Assembly: GCA_037447435.1 (NCBI GenBank)
Contig: JBBIGR010000002.1
Location: 1-64,000, forward strand
Reading direction: 5' to 3'
From: Fibrobacteria bacterium
GTDB lineage: Bacteria; Fibrobacterota; Chitinivibrionia; Chitinivibrionales; FEN-1185
DNA length: 64,000 nt
The notes below the pieces were generated by a model. The model ran no database searches and was not told the origin of the DNA. It worked only from the letters and a program-made list of their open reading frames with translations. Made by a program: the position numbers and the translations under genes. Shown one piece after another: positions 19,726 to 29,385 of the stretch (within the stretch, counting starts at the first letter, position 1; the number at the start of each line of letters is the position of its first letter).

Positions 19726-21384
19726 ATGGATATCACGGTGAAAATCGCATTATGCCAATGCAACCCCGTCATGGGCGATATCGCCGGCAACGCGCAAAAG
19801 CTTGTCGACACGCTTTTTTTGCCCCTTGCCCACAACGCGGATCTGTTTGTGTTTTCGGAATTATTCATCCAGGGATATCCGCCCAAGGATCTTCTCGAAC
19901 AACAATGGTTTATTGACAAAGGGATAAAAGCGCTCGAAACGATTTGCGCGGCCTCTTTAAAAATTCCGGGCAAGGGCGTCCTGTTCGGATTCGCCATGCC
20001 GCAAACCCATGGAAGCGGCAAAGGCCTAACCAATGCCGCATTGCTGGTTTGCGATGGCCGCGTTGTTTTTAAGCAAGACAAAACATTATTGCCGACCTAT
20101 GACGTTTTCGACGAATCACGGTACTTTGACAGTGCATATAAACGGGAAACGGTCCCTTTTTTAGGCGAGACCCTCGGCATTACTATTTGTGAAGATGCAT
20201 GGAACGACGCGACACTCTGGGGAAAGAGGCCCTATGCCATTGATCCGGTGCAGGACCTTTCCGATGCGGGCGCGACGATTTTCATAAACTTGTCTGCGTC
20301 GCCGTATCACTGCGGCAAGGAAAAAATCAGGCTGAACCTTATTTCGAACCATGCGCGGCGGCACGGAAGGCCTTTCGTTCTTGTAAACCAGATCGGCGGA
20401 AACGACGAATTGATTTTCGACGGGGCAAGCCTGGTTGTTGACGCCCGGGGCGACCTTTGCCATGCATCGCCGTCTTTCGTGGAAAACGTGTCGGTTATCG
20501 ATACGTGCGAATTGGGATCAAAAATTTCGCTGCCGCCCGGAAGCGAGGCCCAAAGCGCCCACGATGCGCTGGTATGCGGGCTTAGGGATTACGTTCGAAA
20601 ATGCGGATTTACAAAAGCGCTTATCGGACTTTCGGGCGGGATCGATTCCGCGGTTACCGCGGCGCTTGCCGCAGCCGCATTGGGCCCCAAGAACGTTTGC
20701 GGCGTCACCATGCCGTCCCGCTATTCGTCGAGCGGCAGCATCAGCGACTCGCACGCTCTTGCGAAAAATCTCGGGATTCGATTTAACGAAATTCCCATTG
20801 AAGGTCCGTTCGAGTCTTTCTTAACCGCCCTCAAGCCTTCGTTTGCCGGAACCAACCCCGACTTGGCGGAAGAAAACATTCAGGCCCGTATCCGCGGCAC
20901 CATACTCATGGCGCTTTCGAATAAATTCGGACAAATACTCTTATCGACCGGCAACAAGAGCGAACTCGCGGTCGGCTATTGCACGTTGTATGGCGATATG
21001 AACGGCGGGCTCGGCGTGATCAGCGACCTCCCCAAAACCATGGTTTACAAAGTAGCAGAATACATCAATCGCAACGGCGAGATAATACCGCAAAACAGCA
21101 TAACGAAACCGCCGTCGGCGGAACTACGGCCCGATCAAAAAGACCAGGATACGCTTCCTCCCTACGATATTCTCGACACGATCATCGAACAATTCGTCGA
21201 GGAGGGCAAATCGGCCGCACAGATTGCGGCGTCGGGCATCGACGCCAAAACCGTAGCTTGGGTGATACGGGCGATTTGCCGCAGCGAATATAAACGCCGT
21301 CAGGCAGCACCGGGGCTTAAAATTTCCCCAAAAGCCTTTGGCTTTGGCCGCCGTTTCCCGCTTGCCGCGCAATACGAATGCTGA
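19726..21384 (+). CDS. nadE: Glutamine-dependent NAD+ synthetase
   Basis: Nitrilase domain (FSEL, KTLLP, ICEDAW) + GLSGGIDS, ENIQARIR, TGNKSE, KPPSAEL. Confidence 0.97.
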   Translation: MDITVKIALCQCNPVMGDIAGNAQKLVDTLFLPLAHNADLFVFSELFIQGYPPKDLLEQQWFIDKGIKALETICAASLKIPGKGVLFGFAMPQTHGSGKGLTNAALLVCDGRVVFKQDKTLLPTYDVFDESRYFDSAYKRETVPFLGETLGITICEDAWNDATLWGKRPYAIDPVQDLSDAGATIFINLSASPYHCGKEKIRLNLISNHARRHGRPFVLVNQIGGNDELIFDGASLVVDARGDLCHASPSFVENVSVIDTCELGSKISLPPGSEAQSAHDALVCGLRDYVRKCGFTKALIGLSGGIDSAVTAALAAAALGPKNVCGVTMPSRYSSSGSISDSHALAKNLGIRFNEIPIEGPFESFLTALKPSFAGTNPDLAEENIQARIRGTILMALSNKFGQILLSTGNKSELAVGYCTLYGDMNGGLGVISDLPKTMVYKVAEYINRNGEIIPQNSITKPPSAELRPDQKDQDTLPPYDILDTIIEQFVEEGKSAAQIAASGIDAKTVAWVIRAICRSEYKRRQAAPGLKISPKAFGFGRRFPLAAQYEC

Positions 21385-21391
21385 ACCTTCC

Positions 21392-22525
21392 ATGACAATC
21401 GTCATCATCTGCGTCGCATTATGCTCGGTTTACTTATTCATCATAACCCTATTGCGGTTCGGACTGGCGAATCTTTCCATTGCGTCAAGTCCGAACAACC
21501 ACACGTTTTCGATAGTCATCGCGGCCCGCAATGAGGAGAAAAACCTGCATCAATGCCTCGACAGCGTCTTATCCCAAACCATCGGCTCGGCGCGCTACGA
21601 AGTAATTCTTGTCAACGACAGGTCCACCGACGCGACGCTTGCCATTGGGAACGCGTGGGCGGCAAAAGTCGCAAACCTCACCGTGCTTTCCATCGACGAA
21701 ACACCGTACGGGCTCTCGCCGAAAAAACATGCGGTTATGACCGGTTTAAAAGCTGCAAAAAACGGCATCATTGTTTGTACGGATGCGGATTGCATCGTGC
21801 AAAGTACCTGGCTCGAATCGATTGACGCCTATTTTACCCCCGAAACCGGTCTTGTCCAGGGGATTACTTCCTATGAGCGAATTCCCGGAATGAATCCGCT
21901 GTTCTTCGGATTGCAGGCACTTGATTTTTGCTCGCATGCGGTGGTTAGTGCAGCTGCAATCGGCGCCAATGTCCCCATCAATTCAAACGCCAACAATTTT
22001 GCGTTTCGCAAAAAAGCGTTTCAAGACGCGGGCGGCTACGGCGAACACGGCGCAGTGATTTCCGGCGACGACGACATGCTTTTGCAGCGCATTGCGAACA
22101 AGACCCGTTGGAAGGTCAGGTATATGCCCGATACGCGCGCCGCGGTAACGACGTTGCCCAGCAAAAGCCCGCACGACGTTGCACAGCAAAGAAAACGCTG
22201 GGGGTCCAAAACCGTTCATTACGGCTTTCGTCAAGTTTGCATGCTCGCCTCGATTTTCGCGTTTTATTGCTGTATCCTCGACATGTTCGGCTATGGTTTT
22301 TTCGACGCATTGGGTTTTCGATTATTCGCGATCATGATGTTTGTCAAAATTCTCGGCGAGCTTTCGCTCATGATTCCCGGTACGAAAATGACGGGGCAAA
22401 CGCAATTACGGAAGTTTTTGATTCTAGCGTCCGTCATTCAACTGCCGATGGTAATATGGGCCGTCTTCTCCGGCGTATTCGGTACATTTTCCTGGAAAGG
22501 CCAGGATTTTTCGCGCAAAGCATAA
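21392..22525 (+). CDS. Membrane GT2 glycosyltransferase
   Basis: IAARNEE, NDRSTD, TDAD, SGDD, QRKRW; N- and C-terminal TM segments. Confidence 0.9.
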   Translation: MTIVIICVALCSVYLFIITLLRFGLANLSIASSPNNHTFSIVIAARNEEKNLHQCLDSVLSQTIGSARYEVILVNDRSTDATLAIGNAWAAKVANLTVLSIDETPYGLSPKKHAVMTGLKAAKNGIIVCTDADCIVQSTWLESIDAYFTPETGLVQGITSYERIPGMNPLFFGLQALDFCSHAVVSAAAIGANVPINSNANNFAFRKKAFQDAGGYGEHGAVISGDDDMLLQRIANKTRWKVRYMPDTRAAVTTLPSKSPHDVAQQRKRWGSKTVHYGFRQVCMLASIFAFYCCILDMFGYGFFDALGFRLFAIMMFVKILGELSLMIPGTKMTGQTQLRKFLILASVIQLPMVIWAVFSGVFGTFSWKGQDFSRKA

Positions 22526-22569
22526 ACGAATTTTCTTTAACCCTATTGCTTTGGGAACACAATAGCAAA

Positions 22570-23052
22570 ATGAAACCAAGAATAGAAGAATTTTCCGAAA
22601 AGAAATTCATCGGGAAACGGATTACGATGTCCTTTTCCAACGACAGAACGTTCGAATTGTTCCAAAGCTTTATGCCCCGGCGAAAAGAAATCAAAAACAA
22701 CATCGGCACCGAAGTCTATTGCATTCAAATATACGGAGACATGAATTTCGATGCTGTCGACATGAGCAGGAATTTCGAAAAATGGGCTGCGGTTGAAGTT
22801 ACCGACTTTGCTGCAGTTCCGCCGGAAATGAACCCGATGATCATACCCAAAGGAATGTATGCCGTATTTTTGTATAAAGGCGCGGCAAGCGCCGCATCGG
22901 AAACCTTTCGGTATATCTTTGGAACCTGGTTGCCAAACTCGGGTTTCTTGTTGGACAAGAGGCCGCATTTTGATGTTTTAGGGAAAAAATATAATAATAA
23001 TTCTCCCGATTCCGAAGAAGAATTATGGATCCCGATTAAACCAAATTCCTGA
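22570..23052 (+). CDS. GyrI-like small-molecule-binding protein
   Basis: MKPRIEE..KKFIG, WAAVEV, GMYAVF, IFGTWLPNSG, EELWIPIK. Confidence 0.88.
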   Translation: MKPRIEEFSEKKFIGKRITMSFSNDRTFELFQSFMPRRKEIKNNIGTEVYCIQIYGDMNFDAVDMSRNFEKWAAVEVTDFAAVPPEMNPMIIPKGMYAVFLYKGAASAASETFRYIFGTWLPNSGFLLDKRPHFDVLGKKYNNNSPDSEEELWIPIKPNS

Positions 23053-23091
23053 AAAAAAAGAGCCGGGGTCCCGCTTCTAAGACCCCGGCTC
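23052..23091 (-). terminator. Intrinsic terminator between convergent genes
   Basis: GAGCCGGGGTC/GACCCCGGCTC stem with A8 tract on the left (U-tract on minus strand). Confidence 0.75.
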
Positions 23092-23116
23092 CGGCAATAA
23101 AACGCCGTAAGAAAAA

Positions 23117-24241
23117 TCAGCGCTGAACGTTCAGCGTCCGGCTTACATTTCCCAGAGCGGATGTCGACTTGACAATATATACTCCCTGCCCAAGCCGAAC
23201 CTTTTCATCAGAATATACGCCGCTTTTGGCGCGGCCGTATGCGATGCGGTTCCCTTTCAAGTCCGTGACGGACACCGCGAAGTCGCTTATCCCCGGTCGG
23301 CTCACGACTATGCCGAATTTTCCAACATCGACGCTCATTTCGGGATTTTTCTGCGTCAACGTTTTCGCCGGAGTGAAGGCCGGCGTGGTGCCCGTTCCCG
23401 CAAGCCAATTGAGCGCGTTATAAATCAACTTCACGAAAGTCGCATTAGTCCACGTATGGGAGTTCGCCGTGTTGGTAGTATAATTCATGTCGTTATGGCC
23501 GACATTGGTATAAAACGCCTTCCACTTGGTATTGACCCAGGCCAGAGGATAATCGCCGCTAGTCCATTGTTGGGTGGTGCCTGCCGGAAATTTATCTAAC
23601 GTAAATATTACCTTTATATTGGCGTTGGAACGGGGGTTTTTGGTAAAGCTGTACCACTCGCAGACCGGCGAGGTGAATATCCGGGGGACTCCTTTGCAAA
23701 TTGGAAAAGTCGTATCGTCGAGATGCATTTGGTTTGCGGTAGGAAACCAGGTATTGTTGTTGAATTGCTGGGTGCACAAAAGCGAATCGAAATACCATGG
23801 CCAAGGAGTCATTTTCGGATCGGGATCGGTGGGAGAGAAGTATGCGCAGACGTGAAAGCACATGAGCGTACCGCCGCGGGCAATGTATTTGCGAAAGCCG
23901 GTCATTTCCGCGGTAGTTCCGGGCTGATCGTCCAGCCACATGACAATATTATAAGGTGCCAGAAAAGCGGAATCGCCGACCTTGGTCCAATCCATGGTCG
24001 AATCATAGGTAAAACCGCTATCTGCTGCAAGCTTTGGAAAAAAACCATTGGTCTCATGGGCAAAGTTGATATGCGCCGCGTCTACACCGAGATACCCTTG
24101 GCCGGTTTTTGCTTTGTCGGAAAAAAAGGCAATGACCTTGAACTTGGGTGCGGCTTGCGTTGAAGCGGGTGCTATAAATCCCAAAGACACGCTAAAAAGC
24201 ATAACCGACACGATACCATATATTTTGCGTTTGAAAAACAT
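23117..24241 (-). CDS. Secreted ThuA-like domain protein with C-terminal sorting-like domain
   Basis: Signal peptide; GFRKYIARGG..FH, EWYSF, DYPLAW, FYTNVGH; C-terminal GVYIVK. Confidence 0.8.
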   Translation of the reverse strand: MFFKRKIYGIVSVMLFSVSLGFIAPASTQAAPKFKVIAFFSDKAKTGQGYLGVDAAHINFAHETNGFFPKLAADSGFTYDSTMDWTKVGDSAFLAPYNIVMWLDDQPGTTAEMTGFRKYIARGGTLMCFHVCAYFSPTDPDPKMTPWPWYFDSLLCTQQFNNNTWFPTANQMHLDDTTFPICKGVPRIFTSPVCEWYSFTKNPRSNANIKVIFTLDKFPAGTTQQWTSGDYPLAWVNTKWKAFYTNVGHNDMNYTTNTANSHTWTNATFVKLIYNALNWLAGTGTTPAFTPAKTLTQKNPEMSVDVGKFGIVVSRPGISDFAVSVTDLKGNRIAYGRAKSGVYSDEKVRLGQGVYIVKSTSALGNVSRTLNVQR

Positions 24242-24328
24242 ACACCCCCCTTTAGAGCTTGTTTTGGTTGACTACACGCAAGATTTACCCATAAAATAAT
24301 CAAAATTAACGGAATTTGTCTTTGGATT

Positions 24329-24694
24329 TTATATATTTCGCATGCTTTGACCGTTGGGCCTTGCGGCGAAATAACTTCGGACAGATCGTTTATTCAAAAA
24401 CAGAAGCGGCAAACCTGACAAAACCGCAACCAAGGCGATAATGCACACGGCGCGCATAAAGGGCATATCGTTGGCCTTCCGATCGATCGCAATGGACAAT
24501 GCCGTTTGCATCCATATCAAAGTTCCTGTGAAGAGGAACACTTTTACACTGAGCAACGCCCCTGAGCGACGAATGAATAAAAGGCAGGGAAAAAGCACGG
24601 AAACAAGTGACAAGCCGTAATTCGAAGCGCGGAAAAAATGCGCCCCCAATAACAAACCCGCAAGAAAAACCATTCCGAAATAATACCATTTCAT
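24329..24694 (-). CDS. Small 4-TM membrane protein
   Basis: Four hydrophobic segments, LLGAHFFR motif; downstream of the hemerythrin gene. Confidence 0.7.
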   Translation of the reverse strand: MKWYYFGMVFLAGLLLGAHFFRASNYGLSLVSVLFPCLLFIRRSGALLSVKVFLFTGTLIWMQTALSIAIDRKANDMPFMRAVCIIALVAVLSGLPLLFLNKRSVRSYFAARPNGQSMRNI

Positions 24695-24748
24695 TGAGCG
24701 AACCCCATGACGAGCGAACTCGCACGGATATTTTGTTTGGTTTGTCCT

Positions 24749-25549
24749 TTACTCCGGCGCAATTGTTTGGCGATTGAACCGGGTTTCGAGATCGACTACG
24801 AACGCAACAAAGCGCTTGGTTTGCGATTCATACTCATTGTTGATTACCGCAAACTTTGAGAATAATTGCCCGACCTGCGAATCGGACAAACTTCTGTCCA
24901 TCCACGGGTACAGAATTTCGTCTTCCTTTTTGATATGTTCGAAAAGCAGATCCGCATAAGCCGCGCAATGGGCTTTTATGGCAGCCGAATTATTCGAAAG
25001 CAAGCCCTCTTCGATGGCACGGCCGTGGTCCCGTCCGATAGTATGTTCTTTGAGAAACGATTGGATCACGTCCGCATTTTGATCGAAAAAGGCAAACAGG
25101 ATTTTTTCTTCTTTTGCATGGTGAAATGCGTCCGCGTAGTTGCGGATGAATGCCAGACCTTTACGGACAATATCCATTGCCTCCGGGGGATCGACGTCGA
25201 AGCGGGCAATGACAACGGGCACAAGCGAAAGGAAACGTTTAATGATGCCGTGCTCTTCCACAAGCTCGCGAAGCGGCGGCGACATTTTAGCATTGGCGGG
25301 CTTATGCCGGGCGGCACGTTGGATTTTAGGAATTTCGACTTTTTGCCCGGGAAAAACGATGGCCGCAATACGCGACATCAACGCCAATTCCTGGTCTTCG
25401 GAAAGATTATGAATTCCGACAACGTCTTTAAGCATGCATGTGCCCAGGCTGCAGGTGGTGCATCCTATTCCTTGCTCGGTAAGCACTTTTTCGATTGCGG
25501 GAAATTGCGTTATGACATCTTTGACATTTTTGTTCAGTATTTCGACCAT
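24749..25549 (-). CDS. Hemerythrin-domain protein with N-terminal DUF1858-like Cys motif
   Basis: GIGCTTC; EEH, HHAKEE, KEH, EHIKKED hemerythrin ligands. Confidence 0.87.
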   Translation of the reverse strand: MVEILNKNVKDVITQFPAIEKVLTEQGIGCTTCSLGTCMLKDVVGIHNLSEDQELALMSRIAAIVFPGQKVEIPKIQRAARHKPANAKMSPPLRELVEEHGIIKRFLSLVPVVIARFDVDPPEAMDIVRKGLAFIRNYADAFHHAKEEKILFAFFDQNADVIQSFLKEHTIGRDHGRAIEEGLLSNNSAAIKAHCAAYADLLFEHIKKEDEILYPWMDRSLSDSQVGQLFSKFAVINNEYESQTKRFVAFVVDLETRFNRQTIAPE

Positions 25550-25621
25550 TGCGTGCTCCAATCCGGTTCGCGGTTTCGGGTTATGCAATAGTAAATATAC
25601 CGCTTCATCGCTTATGAAACC

Positions 25622-25635
25622 TTGATGCGGATCAA
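25622..25635 (-). promoter_or_regulatory. FNR/Dnr-type binding box
   Basis: Perfect TTGAT-GCGG-ATCAA, with TATATT -10 at 25599-25594 on the minus strand (class II spacing). Confidence 0.8.
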
Positions 25636-25662
25636 GAACGGGAGCTTTTTATGGAATACCTG

Positions 25663-27090
25663 TTATGTCATTTCCTTCCACAAGCTTTTCATCGACGCGC
25701 AGATTTCGGCGGCCGATTCCACTCTGTCGACATACACTATCGCCAAATCGTCCTGATGCTTTTTGACCCATCGCGTGGCAATCTCAAGCTCGGGAAAATC
25801 GTCGCGATGCGGCGCCAATGTGCCGCTGTAAAAAAATGTCTGCAGTTCGGCAACCAGCGCGGCTGCGTCGCGGAAATCGGAGAAAAACGGCCGGAGAGCG
25901 GTCTTTTGGTTTTTTTTGAACCAAAACGACATGCCTTTTTCCTTGGTTTCATCGGCATGCGGGAGCAAAATAACACAGTCGCTTATGGGTACATATGCCC
26001 CAACGCGTTCGTTAATTTCCTTTTGCGTGTTAAGAGACGGCGAATGTTTTTTGATAAGCCGGTATTCGTAGATAAGGCATTCGAGCTCCGAGCCGCATAC
26101 CGAAGTCACCAGGCCGAACGCTTCTTTCCGTATTCTGCCGATTTTTTCGGGCGACTCGTCGGTTTGCATAAAATAGCCCGTTAATCGCCTTTGCAAATTA
26201 GCGCTTTTTCCGATATACAAATAGGCATTGTCTTTGGACTTGAATCCGTAAACGCCCGGTTTGTTCGGCGCGTCGGCGATGTCTTGCGCCGAAAAACTTC
26301 TCCCCGAGAAATCGATGTCGGCCAATTGTTTTTGCTCCCACTCATTTACATCGGCAATTCCCCGCACGCCTTTTTCCCCTAGTACCGAAAAGAGCTGCAA
26401 TGCGCATCGCGCCAACGCCTCGCCGTATTTATAGGCATACGCGTCTCCCGGATGATTGCCGAAAAGCGAGGCATAACATGATTGCAGCGAAAGCGGCTTT
26501 GCATACGAAATATTGGCAATTTTGAACAGGCCGGAAAGGCAAACGGCGTTTTCAACGAGTGGTGAATCGTCTACTGCGAACGTATCGATGAAAAGCGACT
26601 TGTCTTTCCCGGACAAAAACACAAGCGTCGCCCCGGTGCAGGTCGTCAACAACTCCCGTATCCGGTCGTTCGAGGTATTTGCATCAAATTGAGGATCGCG
26701 AACGCTGATAAGAATTTCCTGCTCCTGATGCGGCAATTGCGACGGATCCCGCAACCATGCGTTGCAAAGCAATTCCGGAGTTTGGGTGACCCTGAATGCC
26801 GAAACATGGATCGGCATCGCATTGCCCGACACCGACGCGGACAATAGGTGAATCGCGATGAACTCGTCTGTCGCAAACAGCTTTTCGTCGCTTTTGGCCT
26901 CGGGTTCGATCGCGGCGTGCCAAAGGTTATCGGGCCCGAAAAAACAGCGGGGATCCCGTTGTAATATGCCCATGACCGCGGTATGGGCCAGTTTTTCCAC
27001 CGGGCTTTTGAACTTGAGAAACAGTTCCGCGAGGTCTTTGGACGAAACCCCGTCGTGCAGCTTAACATATGCTATGATATCGTCGCGCAT
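25663..27090 (-). CDS. GIY-YIG nuclease (UvrC/Cho-like) with degenerate N-terminal exonuclease-like region
   Basis: PNKPGVYGF, YLYIGKSANLQRRL..YF, GSELEC..YEYRLIK..P.LN. Confidence 0.8.
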   Translation of the reverse strand: MRDDIIAYVKLHDGVSSKDLAELFLKFKSPVEKLAHTAVMGILQRDPRCFFGPDNLWHAAIEPEAKSDEKLFATDEFIAIHLLSASVSGNAMPIHVSAFRVTQTPELLCNAWLRDPSQLPHQEQEILISVRDPQFDANTSNDRIRELLTTCTGATLVFLSGKDKSLFIDTFAVDDSPLVENAVCLSGLFKIANISYAKPLSLQSCYASLFGNHPGDAYAYKYGEALARCALQLFSVLGEKGVRGIADVNEWEQKQLADIDFSGRSFSAQDIADAPNKPGVYGFKSKDNAYLYIGKSANLQRRLTGYFMQTDESPEKIGRIRKEAFGLVTSVCGSELECLIYEYRLIKKHSPSLNTQKEINERVGAYVPISDCVILLPHADETKEKGMSFWFKKNQKTALRPFFSDFRDAAALVAELQTFFYSGTLAPHRDDFPELEIATRWVKKHQDDLAIVYVDRVESAAEICASMKSLWKEMT

Positions 27091-27288
27091 GTATCGATCC
27101 TCTTCTTGTTGCCTCTAAATTACCACATTTCCATAAAACGACGCAAATTACCGGCCCGTTCCTGCTTTGTAAGACATGTTCTTTATTGAAAATTTACACA
27201 TCGCTCTCTTTTCTCTTGCCAAGGCATTGACTAATTTATATATTCCAGGTATTGATTAACAAATGCACCCAATAGAGGAGGTTTTTTT

Positions 27289-27603
27289 ATGCCCAGGATC
27301 AGTAAAGACCGGCTTGTCAGACTCCAAAAAACCCTTGTTACCGACGCCGCAATCGGCGCCAAATTCAAAATCTCCCGTCAAGCCATACATCAACTGCGCA
27401 AAAAATACGGTCTCGCTTCGGTACCTGGAAAAAACAAAGAACGCAATTCCAAGATACTAGCCGCCTATAAAAGCGGCGCGACGGGAACCGATATTTCGGA
27501 AAAATTCGGTTTGTCGGTTTCTCAAACGTATCGCATTCTCAACGCAAAGCCCAAGCACGCAAAAAAAGCAGGAAAAAAGACGGCGAAAAAAAGAAAAAAA
27601 TAA
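27289..27603 (+). CDS. Small basic double-HTH DNA-binding protein
   Basis: DAAIGAKFKISRQAI and TDISEKFGLSVSQTYRI HTH patterns; Lys-rich tail; RBS GAGGAGG; own terminator. Confidence 0.8.
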   Translation: MPRISKDRLVRLQKTLVTDAAIGAKFKISRQAIHQLRKKYGLASVPGKNKERNSKILAAYKSGATGTDISEKFGLSVSQTYRILNAKPKHAKKAGKKTAKKRKK

Positions 27604-27630
27604 CCCTTCCGATGCACTAAGTATTTTTTA

Positions 27631-27663
27631 AAGGCCCACAGTCGATTTGTGGGTCTTTTTTTT
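27631..27663 (+). terminator. Intrinsic terminator
   Basis: AAGGCCCACA..TGTGGGTCTT followed by a T run. Confidence 0.75.
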
Positions 27664-27710
27664 CCCCTCACGCGAGCGTGTCGGGTCACGTTAGTTAGGA
27701 AAGTTTCCCC

Positions 27711-29291
27711 ATGACATCCTCTTCGGCAAGCCATGATTCTAAAATATCAATGAAACGGTCCATTACGATTGCGTCGATCATCATGATGTCGTCGGTTTTA
27801 TTATCGCGCATAATGGGGCTGGTACGCGAGCAGGTGCTGGCCGGATACGAAGGCATCGGCCCCGGCATGAATGCCTATGTCGCTTCATTTCTCATTCCCG
27901 AATTTCTCAATCACCTTTTGGCCGGCGGTTTTTTATCCATAACGTTTATTCCAATATTCCAGAAATATCTCATAACCAAAGAGGATGAAAAATCCTGGCG
28001 GGTTTTTTCCAACCTTTTAACAACCGGGTCAATCGCACTTGGCGTTTTGATCGTCTTATGCATGGTTTTTACCAGACAAATCGTCGGCCTCTTGGGACAC
28101 GGCGCACCGCCGGAGCTTACGATACGCCTTACCCGCATCATTATGCCCGCCCAGCTCCTGTTTTACTGGGGCGCATTTCTCATGGCAATTCAGTATGCGA
28201 ACAATAGATTTTTTCTACCCGCAATGCTACCGCTTTGCTATAACGGCGGAATCATACTCGGCGGTGTGCTGCTTCATCGATTTATCGGCGTCGAAGGTTT
28301 TGCCTGGGGTGTGCTATTCGGCGCATTTATCGGCAACGTCGTCATTCAATTGCCCGGTGCAATAAAAGTCGGCATGCGTTTTAAACCGGTCGTTGACGTA
28401 AAAGACCCGGATCTGAAGCAATATATTTTCCTGACACTCCCGCTTATCCTCGGCTTGGGAATGACTTTTTCCAATGAGGTTTTTTTCAGGTTTTTCGGTT
28501 CATTTCTCGGAAGCGGCGCGCTTGCAAGCATCAATTATTCCTTACGGACAATGATGATATTAGTAGCGGTTTTCGGCCAGGCAGCCGGTGTTGCATCGTA
28601 TCCGTTTTTGTCGCGGCTTGCGGCTGAAATGAAATTCGACGAGATGAATGCCATGTTGAATTCGATAACAAAAAAAATCGCCACCATCCTTATTCCCTGT
28701 TGCTGCGTCATGATTCCTTTGGCACCGCAAATAATTGCCATATTGTATCAACGCGGCCATTTCAATGCCCAATCGACTGCGGCGACCGCACCCATTCTCA
28801 TGATATATTTACTCGGCGCATTTCCCTTTGCTGCAAGCACTATCGTCATGCGAAGTTATTATGCACAGAAAAAAATGATGTTTCCCATGATCATTAGCAC
28901 GATTATCGCGGTTGCCAGTATTCCATTGTACATTGGTCTCGGTTCATGGCTCGGATCGTCGGGCATTGCGCTGGCATCGATAATCGGCATGACCGCACAA
29001 TTTTGCATTTTGTATTTCATGTGGGAAAAACGCCATAACCATATTGCCGATGCGATCAAAACGGCTTTATTCATTTTGAAAATAACCGGCGTCAGTTTAC
29101 TCGGTTTCGGCATAAGCTACGGCTTGCGGTGGTACTTTACGAATCATCATCTGCTTGCGGGCTTTGTTCACATTGTTATAGGCACCGTGTTGTGCGGCAT
29201 TCCATCGCTGCTCGTCGTCGGCATATGCCTGCATTTTTTTAGAATAGTAAATTTAAAAACGCTGGTGACCTTGCGACGGAAAAAAGCGTAA
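27711..29291 (+). CDS. murJ: Lipid II flippase MurJ
   Basis: SRIMGLVRE, F.IPEFL, FIPIF, LYQRGHF; multi-TM MOP fold. Confidence 0.93.
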   Translation: MTSSSASHDSKISMKRSITIASIIMMSSVLLSRIMGLVREQVLAGYEGIGPGMNAYVASFLIPEFLNHLLAGGFLSITFIPIFQKYLITKEDEKSWRVFSNLLTTGSIALGVLIVLCMVFTRQIVGLLGHGAPPELTIRLTRIIMPAQLLFYWGAFLMAIQYANNRFFLPAMLPLCYNGGIILGGVLLHRFIGVEGFAWGVLFGAFIGNVVIQLPGAIKVGMRFKPVVDVKDPDLKQYIFLTLPLILGLGMTFSNEVFFRFFGSFLGSGALASINYSLRTMMILVAVFGQAAGVASYPFLSRLAAEMKFDEMNAMLNSITKKIATILIPCCCVMIPLAPQIIAILYQRGHFNAQSTAATAPILMIYLLGAFPFAASTIVMRSYYAQKKMMFPMIISTIIAVASIPLYIGLGSWLGSSGIALASIIGMTAQFCILYFMWEKRHNHIADAIKTALFILKITGVSLLGFGISYGLRWYFTNHHLLAGFVHIVIGTVLCGIPSLLVVGICLHFFRIVNLKTLVTLRRKKA

Positions 29292-29385
29292 AACTGGTTT
29301 TACAGTCCATGTAATATCCATGTAATATTTGTTTCATTTTTACCAAGCAAAGTGTAATTTATAAAAGTTGCTTTTAGAGGGTTGA

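Noticed and set aside
22108..22569. N-terminal extension of the GyrI-like ORF
   Set aside because: Overlaps the GT2 gene in another frame; the domain starts at ATG 22570.
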